The translations under genes and the position numbers were made by a program. Positions 24,623-38,349 of a DNA stretch of 64,000 nt are shown in pieces. Location: NCBI RefSeq assembly GCF_964194025.1, contig NC_134472.1, positions 72,478,001-72,542,000 of the forward strand, given 5' to 3'. Origin of the DNA: Convolutriloba macropyga. Its lineage: Eukaryota. The notes under the pieces were generated by a model. The model worked only from the letters and a program-made list of their open reading frames with translations, had not been told where the DNA came from and did not search any database. Numbering within the stretch: the stretch's first letter is position 1; the number at the start of each line of letters is the position of its first letter.

Positions 24623-27600
24623 TGTTGGGTTATGGGTTTTTGCTAGCGGAATAATAGCGTTTTTACTAAGTGGAAAAATTAACTTCTCAAAATGAAAGAA
24701 TAACAAGAATGATATTTTACAGTAGAATTTAGAGATTTACAGGAGAGATCTGATTATTAGATCAAGATGGTGATTTGATTTTGGGGATGAAAATAGGCTC
24801 AAAAATCAGCTGTATATTTACCCATTATCAGTGCGAGGAAGTCAGAAAACAAAACTAATCTTAGCACCATGATTAACAGTGGGGGTCGCACGGGTTTCCC
24901 AATATGGTTTGCTTCTGCAAATTTCCCGGAAATCAGTCGCAGGGGGTACAATAGATGGTATGCATTTACACTTTTCTAAGAAATCGTTCACCTTTCCGGT
25001 GGTACCATAATCGTTCAATGCACGCTGGGAAGATTTGACATCAAATAATCTCACTCTAATTTTAGTTATCTTGATTCACCAATTTGAACCGAATATTGAT
25101 TCTAAGCACCATTTCTTGACGATTCATTTATATAATTTCTCTGATTAAGATCGAATTGCTAATTTGGTAGGTTAAACTTTCTTTCTAACTGTCACTAAGC
25201 TTAAGACTATAGTTTGATCAATATTGTAACACCCCCACTCAGACTGGAGCTGATTGCGTAGAGTCTGTTCCCATTAAAACAGTTCTGAATGTTTCCACCT
25301 TCGATACGGGTAAAGATTTCGTGAAGATGTCGGCTGCCAGTTTGTCAGTAGGAACGTAAAGAATTGAAATAGTCCTATCTTCCGTCTTGTCCGGAATAAA
25401 ATGAAATTTTATCTCAATGTTTTCGCTTCTCTTGTGCGTGACTGGGTTTTGGCACAATTTAATACAACTCTGGTTGTCCTCTCCAATCTTTTGGATGTTT
25501 CTGTTGGATGCCGAAATCCTCCAGAAGTTGTTTCAGATACAATGCTTCTTGAACTGCTGCTGCCATGCCCTGATATTCTGCTTTTGATGAAGAAAGAGCA
25601 ACTGTGGCCTGCTTCTTGACACCCCAGTTGAGTGCTGCGCCACGTTAGTTGAGCTTGAAGTAGTAGCCCGTCGTCGATTTTCTGTCGTTCACGTCATCAG
25701 ACCACTCTGCATCACTTTCCCCTACCAAATCATAACTAGCTAGTTTTGTGTAAGTAAGTTTTAAACCTTTTTGATCCTCGAAGATATCGCCGAAGTCTTT
25801 TCCCGCACATCCAGTGTTGATTGGTAGGTGCTTTTATGTGTCTGGACAAAATGTTGATTGTGAACATGATGTCTGGCCCCGTCTGTTTGACCAGATACAG
25901 AAGTGATCCAACCAGGTTTCTGTAGATCCTCTGGTCGACTTCTTCGTCTCCGCTTTGTAATGTCTGAAGTTTCAAATTCAGCTCAGCTGGAGTTCTTGAG
26001 GGTTTGCATTGATCCATTTGAAACCGCTCAAACATTGTTTCTATGTAGCGTTCTTGGTCAACTGTGACTTTGCCCACTTCTCGACTGATTCTTAGACCCA
26101 GAAACCAGTGTAATCTGCCTCTGTCTTCCATGTGAAACGTTGCTTCGAGTGCCTTTCTGACATCGGAGGTCACTGTAATGCTTCTTGATGCCACTATGAT
26201 GTCGTCAACCCAGACCAAGATGAAAGTGTGACCCTCTGTCTCTGCTCTTGCGAACAAGCAATGATCATTCCTGCTTCTGGTGAATCCCGGCCTCAGTAGG
26301 ACGTTTGCCAATTCCTTATACCAGTTGTTAGCTGCCTGTTTCAAACCATAAATTCATTTATTCATTCGGCATATTAACTTCTCTTTATCTGATCCTTGTT
26401 TTACAAACTCCTGTGGCTGTTCTAGATACACTTCTTCCTCTATTGGTGAGTGCAGGAAAGCGGTCTTGACATCAAACTGGTGCATCACATGGCCCTGCTT
26501 CGCTGATAGTTGAAGTAGAATACTGAATGTCTCCGGCTTACAGGTAGGCGCAAAAATCTCAAAGTAATCCAGTCCTTCCACCTGTTTGAAACGTTTTGCC
26601 ACAAAGCGTGCTTTGTATTTGTCCATTTGATCACCGGGTCCCACTTTCACTTTGTAGACCCAATTGCCCTGTATGACGTCCCTGTCTGTGGGTGGTCTCA
26701 CTAGGTTCCAAGTCCCGTTGTCTTGGAGTGCCTTGACCTCGTCCTTCATTGCCCGGTGCCACTGGTCCCAATCGTCGCCTTGCTTGGCTTCGGAGACTGT
26801 TTTGGGTTCTACATAGTCACCCTTAGTCACAGCAAGATGGCTCTTGACTTCTCCAAACAATTGCGGAACTTTCCTTGCTCGTGTCCCTCGCTCGTGTCCG
26901 CTCGCTCCAGTGCCTCTTCAAAGAAGCCAACTGTCTGTGAGAGGTCCTCCGTTTCACTGTCTTCCAGTGACTCCGAGTCTCTGAGACTCCCTCTTGTTGC
27001 AGTAGATTCTTCATCCAGCTGCTTCCTCAACATCTGCGGCATCTCGTCTAACTGTCGTTTCTTGAGTGTTCACGCTCTCTGCGTAATGCCACTCCTTCTT
27101 TAATGCAGTAGATTTGCCCTGCTCCTCTTTGTTGCCATCGTCTTGATGACCATCATTTGGGTGCCAGATCCCCAGTTGCTGTTACCCCTCATCTGGTAAG
27201 TCGGGCGTCTCTGTGTTGTCAGGGATTGAGCCCACTTCGGACTCCATGATGATCACATCTCGAACTGCCACAACCCTGTGTGTGTTGGGTAGGTACACCA
27301 GGTATCCGTTGTATCCTTCAGTGTAACCCACAAACTTTCCTTCCAGTGCCTTGAGTTCAAGATTGCTGACATCCCTGTCCCGCTTCCTCATGAAGACTGT
27401 GCAACCAAAAATAGATAGGATAGTTTACTAATTGAAAGCTTAGGTTTTATACCTCGCATTAACTCTGCTGGGCATTTTTCTTCACCTCGTCTCACAACCA
27501 AGTTGCTGATCCTTGTTGCATGGAGAATTGCTGCTTCCCACATCATCTTGGGAAGACCCGAGTCAATGAGCAAGCATCTTGCCATCTCCAGTAGTGTCCT

Positions 27601-30110
27601 GTTACACCTCTCAGCTAACCCATTCGGTTGTGACGTCTCTGGTATGATCTTCTCCTTGAGAATACCTGAATCTAAACAGTACATCTTGTGCTGCTCTGAG
27701 AGAAACTCGTTCGCATTGTCTTGTCTCAGCTTCTTGGGAGTCCCCACACTGAAAACAAACTTCTTCAGGCTGGCCAGTGCTTCACTCTTTGCTTTAAGCA
27801 AGTCCACAAACACAAACTTCGTGTACTGGTCTGCAAACACAATGCAGAACCGGAACCCTAACAGTGACTCTACTCTGAAAGGTCCCAACACGTCTGTGAA
27901 CACTCTCTACAGCTTCTCTTCTGCTTGGGTCTCTGCCACTCTTGGTACTGAAGTCTTTGTGATCTTGGCAAATGCGCACACATTGCCTACATCATCGAGT
28001 TCCCGCACTGTCTCTGGTGCATTATTGACCACATCCGCTTGATTCAAATTACTCAATCGTCTGTGCCACTTTCTTGCACTGTCAAGTTTCACGCTGTTGG
28101 AGCTCATCTTGAATTCTAGAACGCTGCAGGGTAAGTAAAACAAGTCATTTTCTTGTGTTAGTTTTACCCGAGTTCCCTTCTGGAGTTTCATGCAGCTAAT
28201 TCTTTTCTCGAAAGTGAAGCTATGTCCCCACTCCGTGCATTTTGAGACTGACAAGAGGTTTGAAGAGTAGTCCGGCACACACAAAACATTTTTGAGTTCG
28301 CATTGGAATTCCCATTTGTTTGAGGGTATGCTGATCCTCACACAGCCTCTGCCCACCACTCTGGAAGCGTCTCCGTTGGGATCTCTGATCACTGATTGAA
28401 TGGGCGCAAAGTCCAGGAGCGCATCGATGTTTGTCACTATGTGATCTGTACAACCACTGTCTACTAGCATGCCTGCTGTCTTCCACTGGGTAAGAGCTGC
28501 CCAGTATTGCTCGTCTGGTGTAGCCAATGTTGGACCCATTGCCACCGACTCATGTTTGCCTCCATCTCTTTGTCTCGTGCATGCCTTGTCGAGGTGATCC
28601 TTCCTCCTGCAGTCCTTGGCAAAGTGTCCAGGGATCCCACACACAAAGCAGTTTCATTCCTGGGTCCCTCCTTGAAGTCACGCTTCACTGCCAGTGCCAC
28701 TGAACCACTTCGTCCCTTGTGCCTCTGTGCTGTGCTCTCATGGAAGTTCTGCAGCCTTTTCCTCAACTCTTTGAAGTTCGTTGCCGGGTTAAAGCTTTCC
28801 TGTATAACAAAACTTTCATACCTCATTGGCAGACCATTGGGGACAAGGCGTTGAATAGGGTCTCTGTGATTGCTTCCCCTGCCTCTTGTAGCCTTTTGGG
28901 CAACTCCTGTCTGATGGAGAAGCTATCCAAATCCTCAGCATCCTCGAGCTGCAGTCGAGCAAGCTATGCCACCAAAGTCACCACTGTCAGCGTATCCACA
29001 CTCTGAAACCTCTCTTGCAAAAGCTTCCAAACCTTTGCTCCGTCTCCGATGCCGTCATCTCCCACACAGTCATGTCTCATCAGCATGAGGGCTGTTGCAT
29101 CTAGAGTCAGTGCCAGATGGCGCCACACATTGTTCCTTTCCTCCTTGATGTCTGCAACTTCTTTCTCATATGCATCCTTCAGCACCTTGTGGTTCTTCTT
29201 TTCATCATTGTTCGCCCATTTGGCTAGTGGTGCAGGCTCATTGGGTTGTTCCTCTGTCCCAAGTAGTGATTTGTAGAGTCCCTCCGTCTGTATCATTGCC
29301 ACAAATCTTGTTCTCCAGATTGGAAAATCCTGTGCCTTTCCTGTGTAGGGGTCACTGTCTGTTGATCCATCGTTGTTTGAGCAGGCAAAACAGCTGTGAA
29401 ACGAAAAGGTACTAAGCAGAGAAGGATTATGACGGTCAGCAACAAATTAGTTTTGTTTTAGAAATTAGTTTTACGGCTTAGAGTTTTGCTGGGCCCATAG
29501 CCTGTTAGGTTATGGGTTTTCGCAAGCGGACTAAAAGCGTTTATAACTAAGTAGAAAAATTAATTTCTCAAAATGAGAGAGTAACAAGAATGATATTTTA
29601 CAGTAGAATTTACCGAATTACAGGAGAGATCTGATTATTAGATCAAGATTGTGGTTTGATTTTGAGCATGAAAAAAGGCTCCAAAATCAGCTGTTTATAT
29701 TGCCATTATCAGTGCGACAAAACTAATCTCAGAACCATGATTTACAGTGGGGATTGCAAGGGTTACCCAATATGGTTTGCTTCTGCAAATTTCCCAGAAA
29801 TCAGTCGCAGGGGGTACCATAGATGGTATGCATTTACACTTTTCTAAGAATTCGATCACATTTCCGGTGACATCATAATCATTCAATACATGCGGGGAAG
29901 ATTTTACATCAAATAATCTCACTCTAATATTAGTTATCTAGATTCACCAATTTCAATCGAATATTGTTTCTAAGCTCCATTTCTTGATGACTCATTTAGG
30001 TAAATTTTCCGATTAAAATCAATTTGCTATTGTCTTTCTAATCTGGTAAGTTAAACTTTCTTTCTAATTCTCTTTAAGTTTAAAAATATAGTTTGTTCGA
30101 TATTCTAACA
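24623..30110 (-). mobile_element. Full-length Ty1/Copia LTR retrotransposon, copy 2 (old, decayed)
   Basis: LTRs 24623-25231 and 29503-30110, TSD GTGAA on both sides; LTRs roughly 10% diverged by eye over the first 90 bp; same family as copy 1. Confidence 0.97.
25239..29370 (-). pseudogene. Copia gag-pol pseudogene
   Basis: Broken into many ORF fragments collinear with copy 1; multiple stops and frameshifts; second zinc knuckle partly deleted. Confidence 0.95.
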
Positions 30111-31400
30111 GTGAATGTTTTCTTCGGGATGTTCCCTGGTGATTTAATTTGTCTGCTTTGGGATATCATTTGGGTCTGTGATGATTCCGTCCTGATGGTC
30201 TTTTGCTGATTCCCGACCTACAAAACCAATATCTTTTGTTGTATCGTTTTCTCCACCCTGGTGAACATAATAGTTTTTCATTTATGCCCTCTTTGGCATA
30301 TCATTATCAGCCGCTTTCTCAAGCTCAATTTCAAATGTTTAAGATCAATTTCGCATGCTTAAAAGCTTGCATTAAATTAGACACATTAGCGGACTACAGA
30401 TACATTTAAAGCAAAAAACTGATACCTAAACTGTGCGAAATTGTGCCACATGACTTTTCACCTGGTTCCAACCTGGAAATATCTTGTTATCGCAGAAAAA
30501 CGCTTGTGAAAAAAAAATTCCTAAGCTTGTGTCCTAATTTTGCTCATCTTATGTATCTAATTTCCGAAGGGTTTTTACTAAGGTAAAAATTTTGGGGTAT
30601 TCTTCTTCGTCGTAACTCTCTTAAAAAGAATTTGCAATTTTTTAATGCAAAATTGTCGAGTGCCGGGTTTTTTTCTTGTTCTATATTTATTTCTCGTTCG
30701 AATGGTTGAATTTTTTTGTCAAAAATTGGCATAAAAGTTTAAAACCCGAGGGAATTAAGTTTGTGTGGTGGGGTGTAGTGTGTAGGTTACCAAAGCTGCC
30801 GAGGAAGAACTTCTTTTTATGATGTACAGTCCCATCGTTGTGCCCCTTCCCACCAACCACGAATCCTACCCTTTACGTAATTCTTAACCAGTACGACTGG
30901 CATCTCTAATTAATGATAGCTACGTCCCCTCGCCTGTTGTTTAGGAGCAATCTGTCCGCCTGTAATTGTTTTATGCTTTTAATGAGGTTGAACTTCAGGC
31001 ATTGAATTACTACTAAAGTGAAAAACAAATTTAAAATTTAAATTCCCTGATGAAAGGTAGACCAGCTCATATGATTTTATTTAAAAAAAACAAGATTTCT
31101 GGTAAAATTTTTGGTTTTAGAAATTGCACGATGTGATTAGTGCTACCATAGGGCTAAAATTTTGTTCGATAAATTTCAATTAACCCTATTAGCAAAAAAG
31201 AATTTATTAAATTGTACAAAAACAATCCACAAAACTCGTAAAAATTTTTTTTTAGTCATATGGTTGTTTTGAGCCAAGGTGTTATAAATTAAACAAAACC
31301 TCTACTCGAGAACTGAGCTAGATATCGTTAGATAATTAACAAGTACTGCACTCCCATTCTATTAAGTATTGTGTCTAAGCAGGTGTAACTACTGTGAAAT

Positions 31401-31474
31401 TGGACCAGTACTGGATTCGAACCAGCATCTCTTACTTGCAAGCCCAGTGTGCTACCCATTTACACAAGCTGGTC
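31401..31474 (-). pseudogene. tRNA-like sequence (TGC/Ala anticodon loop); pseudo-tRNA or SINE head
   Basis: GACCAGC..ACTGGTC acceptor (6/7 pairs), D arm GTGT/GCAC, T arm GCTGG-TTCGAAT-CCAGT; anticodon stem CTGGG/GTAAG is defective. Confidence 0.6.
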
Positions 31475-33551
31475 GTAAACTTTCGAGCTTGGGCATCTTT
31501 TGGGCATTACTAAAAAAACAATTGAGGAATCAATTTTAAGATATTTGGGGTGGCTGCCATTGATGTTCTCAACCCAAATGTACGTTATGGGACAGAATAA
31601 TACGTTTCCTTGTCTAATTTAAGTTTTTTGCAGAACATGGTCAAAGGGCTTTTTAAATCTCATTTACAACAATTTTTGAAAGCAATGCTTTTTGAGTAAA
31701 AATTTTTTAATGGAGGTCAGACTGGTTTCGGAGTTATGAAAAGAGTTCAATTTATTGTATGCATTTGAACCAATCAAAACCCAAACATCTCTTTATTGTT
31801 TTTAAAAAATCGTACGTTTGTACATTGGCAATGGCAAGAGCATGTTTAAGATATGAAATTTAACGATTACTCTGTTGGAGCATTTGCTAAAACAAAAAAC
31901 GAGAAAAGTTGATTTTTTTACACAGTTTTGTTTGATTTGTTTTTGTTTTCAGATATTCATTTTTACTAAACGAGTTTTGTGCTTTATTATTTTCGTGTCG
32001 TTTTTATTGAAAGTGGGTGTGAAATGCTTGTTGAATCCGATGTTTTTGCTTGGGGTTTATCTAACTTTTTTCTCAGAACACTTTTGTTTTCAATGTAGTT
32101 TTTGTAAAACCGTTTTAACCTAAATACTTTTTTTCATCTGTTGACACATTTTTCTGATTTTCCCTAAATATTTTCATTTTTGCTCTTCGGAGAGCTCTTT
32201 CATCAGAGTTTGGGCCCAAAAAGCTGAAAATAGGCTTGAGTTTGTTTAAAAGAATGTTTTGCCAGGAGTTATTTCAACCAATCGTGTAATCAAAACAAGG
32301 CGAAATTGCACAAACGAAAATCTATCATTCATAACTCTGCTGACAATAGGCTTAATCAATGCTTCTTACAGATTGAAATTGAAGAAGAAAAAAGTACAAA
32401 GCTTTCATTTGGTTTCAGCCAAGTAAAGTTTTCAAAACCGACTGCATTTTTTTAATGTTTGAATTTGTCAAAATGTCTGAACACTGAAGGCTATGATGGT
32501 GCATATAAAAATGTGTCAATTTTTGTTTCTGCGAGTTAATAAAGATTATCAAAAAATTAATTAATTTCAAAAATGAACAGATTTTTGGCCCAATTTTTTA
32601 GGTTATTGACACGAGGCTTAGTTTAGTCTCGCGCGATCAAAAAGTGATAAAATATTTTGCACCAAAGGAAAAGATTTCTTCAAAATTGCTAATTCTTCAA
32701 CTGTTCGAGTAAATTAACCGCATGCTGTTATAATTAGACTTCTTGTTCTAACTAGTGCCTTAATGTGTAAGGACAGTGAAACGTTTTAAGGTTAGAATGT
32801 ATATAGAGTAACGGCACATGTTAACCAAACAGGGATAAACTTTATTATTAATGGAATCTAAACAGTAGCTTCCCACGAATTTTACTTGTTCAACTGCTTT
32901 CTTAGTTTGTTCTGACCATTTTCAGGACATTTTCACATTGTTCGTCTCCCTACCTAAATAACTATTTACCGTAGTAAAAATTTAGAATTTGTTTGAGAAA
33001 TGTTTGTTTGTTCTGTTTATAAATAACTCCCTTTGTTACCGTTACCTTTAGTAAATAATGCTACAAATACAACTGTAACCTAGTTTTGCAGCTATATATT
33101 AAGTCAAGAAATATTGAGGTTTTTTTTTCCCACATAGAAAGCACCGACATTTTTCAAATATCTTTGCATTCGAAGGTTAGGAAAAATAAAGGGATTATCA
33201 AAGGGAACTTTTATCCATCAATGACATCAGTTTTTGAGTGCCTTCTCTTGAACGGAGTGACAAAATATATTAAAAAAGCAATTAGTTCTCAAACAAGGAT
33301 GATACAACAAAATACGTTACCAAATATTAAAGATGATAAAAATATCGTCACAGAGAAAACGCAAAAAAAAGTCTTGTTGCGAAAAAAGCAACAGACTGAA
33401 GCCTTCAACAACTCGAATTTTCTAGGTAATACAATATGACAGAAAATCTATTTTTAATAACAAATGAAGCTTCAACAATCGAAGCTATTGAAACATCTAT
33501 AGCTTTACATTTCTTAACTGCTTTACTTCTTTTAACAAGAGACCCTCAGAT

Positions 33552-33837
33552 NNNNNNNNNNNNNNNNNNNNNNNNNNNNNNNNNNNNNNNNNNNNNNNNN
33601 NNNNNNNNNNNNNNNNNNNNNNNNNNNNNNNNNNNNNNNNNNNNNNNNNNNNNNNNNNNNNNNNNNNNNNNNNNNNNNNNNNNNNNNNNNNNNNNNNNNN
33701 NNNNNNNNNNNNNNNNNNNNNNNNNNNNNNNNNNNNNNNNNNNNNNNNNNNNNNNNNNNNNNNNNNNNNNNNNNNNNNNNNNNNNNNNNNNNNNNNNNNN
33801 NNNNNNNNNNNNNNNNNNNNNNNNNNNNNNNNNNNNN
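33552..33837. other. Assembly gap (other gaps: 20727-20749, 34841-34985, 39803-40002)
   Basis: Runs of N. Confidence 1.
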
Positions 33838-34396
33838 TAATGACTCCAACTAAAAATTTCATTAATATATAAGCAAGAAAGCATTGAGACGAATAACTGA
33901 GTCTTCAACAAAACAATTCCAAATCAAATAAAATTAAATAGCAAGAAGAGTTCAGAATGAATTCGATTCTCGGTCAAATTCTTTAAGAATTGAATAAGAT
34001 TTTACGAAAGATTCCGTAAGAGAGAGCTGAAAAATTTTAAGGAAAACATTCCATTTAACAGTAACTTGGGAGCCCCATTTTTTTATTTCAAGAGGGAACA
34101 ACTAGCATTTAAAAGTGATTCTATCAGATTGTAAAATAGTGTGAAAAATGTTTGCTGCTGATAAGTTTTTTTGCAGTTCTGTAATTTATTGTCTAGATTT
34201 TTAATTTAGAAGTCTTTATCGGGATTTGAAAAAAAATTGAAAAAATCTCTTCAGATTTGAAAAAACTTGTTAAATCAACTAAAAAAATCTAAAGCGAATC
34301 TTATATTATATAAAGACTAAATCAAAAGATATCTAAAGATATTTACTGAACACGCAATTGTGGCCAATATATGACACAAATATATGACACAAAAGT

Positions 34397-34466
34397 AAGC
34401 ACTGCAAGCATATATTTTTAAAAATTATTTCAAAAAAATTTTTAAAAATATATGCTTGCAGTGCTT
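34397..34466. repeat. Perfect 30-bp inverted repeat with a 10-nt spacer
   Basis: AAGCACTGCAAGCATATATTTTTAAAAATT and its exact reverse complement. Confidence 0.9.
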
Positions 34467-36677
34467 GGTTGTGTGTCGGTACTTCATAACACAAAGTGTG
34501 TCAGAAAATCAAGGACTTTTGTTTCGGGAAAACAACCAAAATCTCTGAAGAATTTTTGTCTCTGAATTGGTTTTTATAGTTTTTAACACTTCCTACGCTT
34601 CAATTGTTTTTGCTAATATAATAACTTATTATAATAACTGTTTTCGCTATAATTATAAGAAACTGCGGTCAAAACATAGCAATTAAACTTAGGTAGTGAT
34701 TTCAGTGGGTACATTTAAGAGGTACATTTAGTTGTAGATTCATGCTCTTAAGGATTTTTTGAATTGACTATAAGAATATAAGATATTGAAAAAAATTACA
34801 CACACACACACACTCAAACATACACAACACACCTAACCACNNNNNNNNNNNNNNNNNNNNNNNNNNNNNNNNNNNNNNNNNNNNNNNNNNNNNNNNNNNN
34901 NNNNNNNNNNNNNNNNNNNNNNNNNNNNNNNNNNNNNNNNNNNNNNNNNNNNNNNNNNNNNNNNNNNNNNNNNNNNNNNNNNNNNAAATTCCAACTATTT
35001 ACCATATTTCTGGAAAATCCTCACTGTTTTCAAAAATTGAATTAAAAGCCTATTTTTTTAAATGCTGCGTTCATGTTTTGCACGTATAAAAGTTGAGCAT
35101 GAAATTTGTTGAATTTTTCTTGGGTCAAGGTGCTTATTTTTTTTGGTGTAAATAAACTGAATTTTAGTGATTTTTTTAACGGTTTTTATCGATGCCGAGA
35201 GGTTGTCAAAATCTGAGGCGAAGCTGAGCTGTTGAATCACTTCGAGTCTCGTTTCTAGATGCATGCTCCAGATGCATCACAACCGTTTCAACTTCAGCTA
35301 CTAATCCTCCTGCTACAATTGCCACAATTTTTATATATTTTTCGTTTTTTGTTTTTCGTTCCTCTACTACTTTCTGGCCAATCATCATAAAGCAACAGTA
35401 GCGGAGTAACGAATGCGAAAGCAGAGTTTGATAGTGTTCTTCATGCGTTACCAAGTTATTTCATAGGTAAGTTATGCAACAGTTTCAATCGCAACAAAGG
35501 TTGGTTAATAAAATAACCCAAAAAATACTAAAGCAGAATGTCCCCATTGTTCCTGAATTTTCTAATTTTCATCCTGAGCTAACAAGTTATTTAATCGCTA
35601 AGTTATTCAACTGTTGTTTTTACAACGAGAGATGCTTAAAATTTTATCTGTTGCCTTGGAAAAACTGGAGAGTTTCAGTTTGGTCGCAACTGTTTTGAAA
35701 AAAGAACACAATTCAATTCTTGAAATTTACCCGAGTTCTCGAAATTGCCGTTGATGCTCAACAGTTATTATCAAGAGCAAAACTTTTTTCAATGTATTGT
35801 TTTTCATGTTTCTATAAAGTTTAAATTGGGATTAAATTGAGGTCGAAGGCCGAGTGAAACCGTAAATAACCATAATGTCGGAAAGCAGTAGTTTCTACCT
35901 ACTTGTTCAAGCACAAGCTTCATTTCCTTATTTGTTTCGATTTACTGATGATTTCTGATGGATATTGATTTGTAAAATTTGCGGGTTTTATGTTTTACCC
36001 ACATTTGCAACCTAGCAGTTTAATTAGACCTCAATTTTGCTGTTAAAGAAAATCAACAATAAAGTTAGGCTCGATCACTAATTTGGAAAGTTGTTCAAGC
36101 AAGAAGTTGTTATTTCACGTTTCATATCACACTAGAATTTGAACTTCATCAGTTTTTCGCTCACTTTTCACACTTGTCTCGAAGAATTCGACCTTACAAA
36201 ATGGCAAAAAAAATAAGCAAACTTCTAGGAAAAAGTTCTTGGAAGCCTTGAGGCATGTTTCTTGGAAAACTTTCTTGGATACCCAATTTTTTCTCATGAG
36301 ACAAAAGTATGCGCTTTTCAAAGAAAATTAAAGCGGACAATTGAAAAAAGGTAAACAGTCACAAAACATAACAATTTGGGCAAAGATAACTTTTCAAGGT
36401 CTATAATTGAGTCAATATATAGCAATTTTTTATATATTGCTCGTTTTTCTAAAAACCATAAAGAGTGACAATGAGAAGCGACACAACAGAGCCGGCTGAC
36501 GACCTCTGCGATCCATTCGCTCCTACAAAAAATTTCAAGGAATTCGGAATAAAATATTATTTGGGTTGAACGATTCAATTGTTGGATCGATTCGCTGCAC
36601 GAGAATTGCAATGCTACAATAAATTTTTATTGAATTATCTTTTTGAGTTTTGAACAGCGAAATTGGGGTCTAAATAA

Positions 36678-36748
36678 GTTAGAGTATAGTTCTGGGAAGC
36701 CTTCGCATTTCGAGCTTAGCCTTAGGCTTCCCAGAACTATACTCTAAC
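36678..36748. repeat. Perfect 25-bp inverted repeat with a 21-nt spacer (tiny MITE or hairpin)
   Basis: GTTAGAGTATAGTTCTGGGAAGCCT ... AGGCTTCCCAGAACTATACTCTAAC. Confidence 0.9.
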
Positions 36749-37289
36749 ATATACTTGTAATCTGGAAATCTCTTTTGAATAAGTAGTAAACACTACTTTC
36801 CAAACGCACGTGTCAAAAAGTGTCAAATAAATCAACCATTTAATAAACCTACATGCGATAAATACTCGTACAATTATTGAAAGAATATAAAAGTAATGTA
36901 CATCTGTAAATGAAATCAGTAAAAATTAATTGAAGCCCGGCTATCATTGAAGGGTGCTATAAAAAGAACTCGTAAACAGAAATTTTATTTTTCTTATTTT
37001 TGTGAAAAACTTTGGCGTGTGAGCTTCAAACACTGAGTAGACGTTAGTTAAAATTATCGGCCGTAATCTTGTTTAGTTTCTTAAACCAAGAATTTTACTT
37101 TATTTGATGATCTTATTCTTTGTTACGTAACTAATATTGGTGATAATTCTGGCCCAAGATTTCATTTTATTTCATCACTGAATGGACGAATCATTGAAAA
37201 AAAACTATCTTTTTTACTTCAAGAATGATTATTATTGCAGTTTAATATTTCATTTAGAATATTAAAAAAAGTTACTCTAACTTAGTAAA

Positions 37290-37738
37290 ATGTCACAAAC
37301 AACAAAAAGTAAAAGGGTATTTACTTGCCTCATGTTTGTATTCACAACTTCCGCTTTTTCTTACTTTTATTTCTTGAGCTCAAACTCTCAACTTTATGCC
37401 CAAACTATGTGCTCTGTTAACAATAAATCAATTTTCAACTTTATTAACAAAATTTGCCCTCTCAAAACTAAAGAAATTCAAGCTGTGCCCAAAACAGAAC
37501 TTGATATCTTGCTTGCCAAAAACGGGCCACGAAATGGTCTGTCTGCTTATGTTGATATTAATGACAGCTCGAAAGAATATCACGATCATTGTTCAACTTG
37601 CGCAGTTGTGAGCAGTGCTGGAATTCTAGAAGGTTCTGGGGCCGGAAAAGATATTGACTCACACGAGTGTGTGTTCAGAATGAATCATCACGGAGTGAAC
37701 GGGTTTGAGCAAGACGTCGGGAAGAGAACGTCTCACAG
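37290..37738 (+). CDS. Sialyltransferase (GT29, ST6GalNAc-like), first coding exon
   Basis: Short cytosolic tail and a type II TM helix, then sialylmotif L: CSTCAVVSSAGILEGSGAGKDIDSHECVFRMNHHGVNGFEQDVGKRTSHR; donor AG|gtgagc. Confidence 0.9.
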
Positions 37739-38349
37739 GTGAGCGTTAAAAGAAGGAGTCTTTCGCATTATACCCCCCACCCCCCCCCCCCCACGGTCAT
37801 ATGATGTTACTATAATGGGGTGTGTAGTATACCATTTTAGGGGGATATAATGGTGGGAAAGATCGGATAAAAAGCTCGTTACTTAAAAAGAAGACATTTA
37901 ATATTTCCTATGACAGGCTAATGTGATGAACGTTTTGTCTTTGACTATTAGCAAAACTAAACTTCGGTGCTTGGAACGCTCAAAATAATAATTATTAATA
38001 ATAATTAATAATAATAATAATAATAATTTTCTACAAAGCCAAAAATTATCAAATTTCAAAAAATGTATTTATTTCAAGATTTTTAGCCTAAAATTTAGCG
38101 TCATACGAAACCAATAAGTGTCTGGAATTGATTGAGCGGAGTGTGTGTGCCTCATCTCAGCTCTGCGCGGTACACTAGTCATTTCGTGCCTGCAAATGTA
38201 ATCTTCTAACTAATACTTCTCGGATGAGCATTTGCTAGTTTTCGGTTCGTGGGAATTGTTGAGTGTTCATTTCCTATTCGGTCAACAATTTTAACAATAT
38301 TTTGTTTTGCTGTTTGTCAAAAATTTTATAATGTGATTCTTTAAGAAAT

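Noticed and set aside
31560-31850. Possible decayed LINE RT motifs (KxFDHV, IRQG) on the minus strand
   Set aside because: Needs several frameshifts; too degenerate to support.
33436-33911. X-filled ORFs (also at 34814-35005 and 39687-40277)
   Set aside because: Artefacts of N gaps.
35200-36660. Coding-like fragments on both strands
   Set aside because: No consistent exon chain or recognisable motif.
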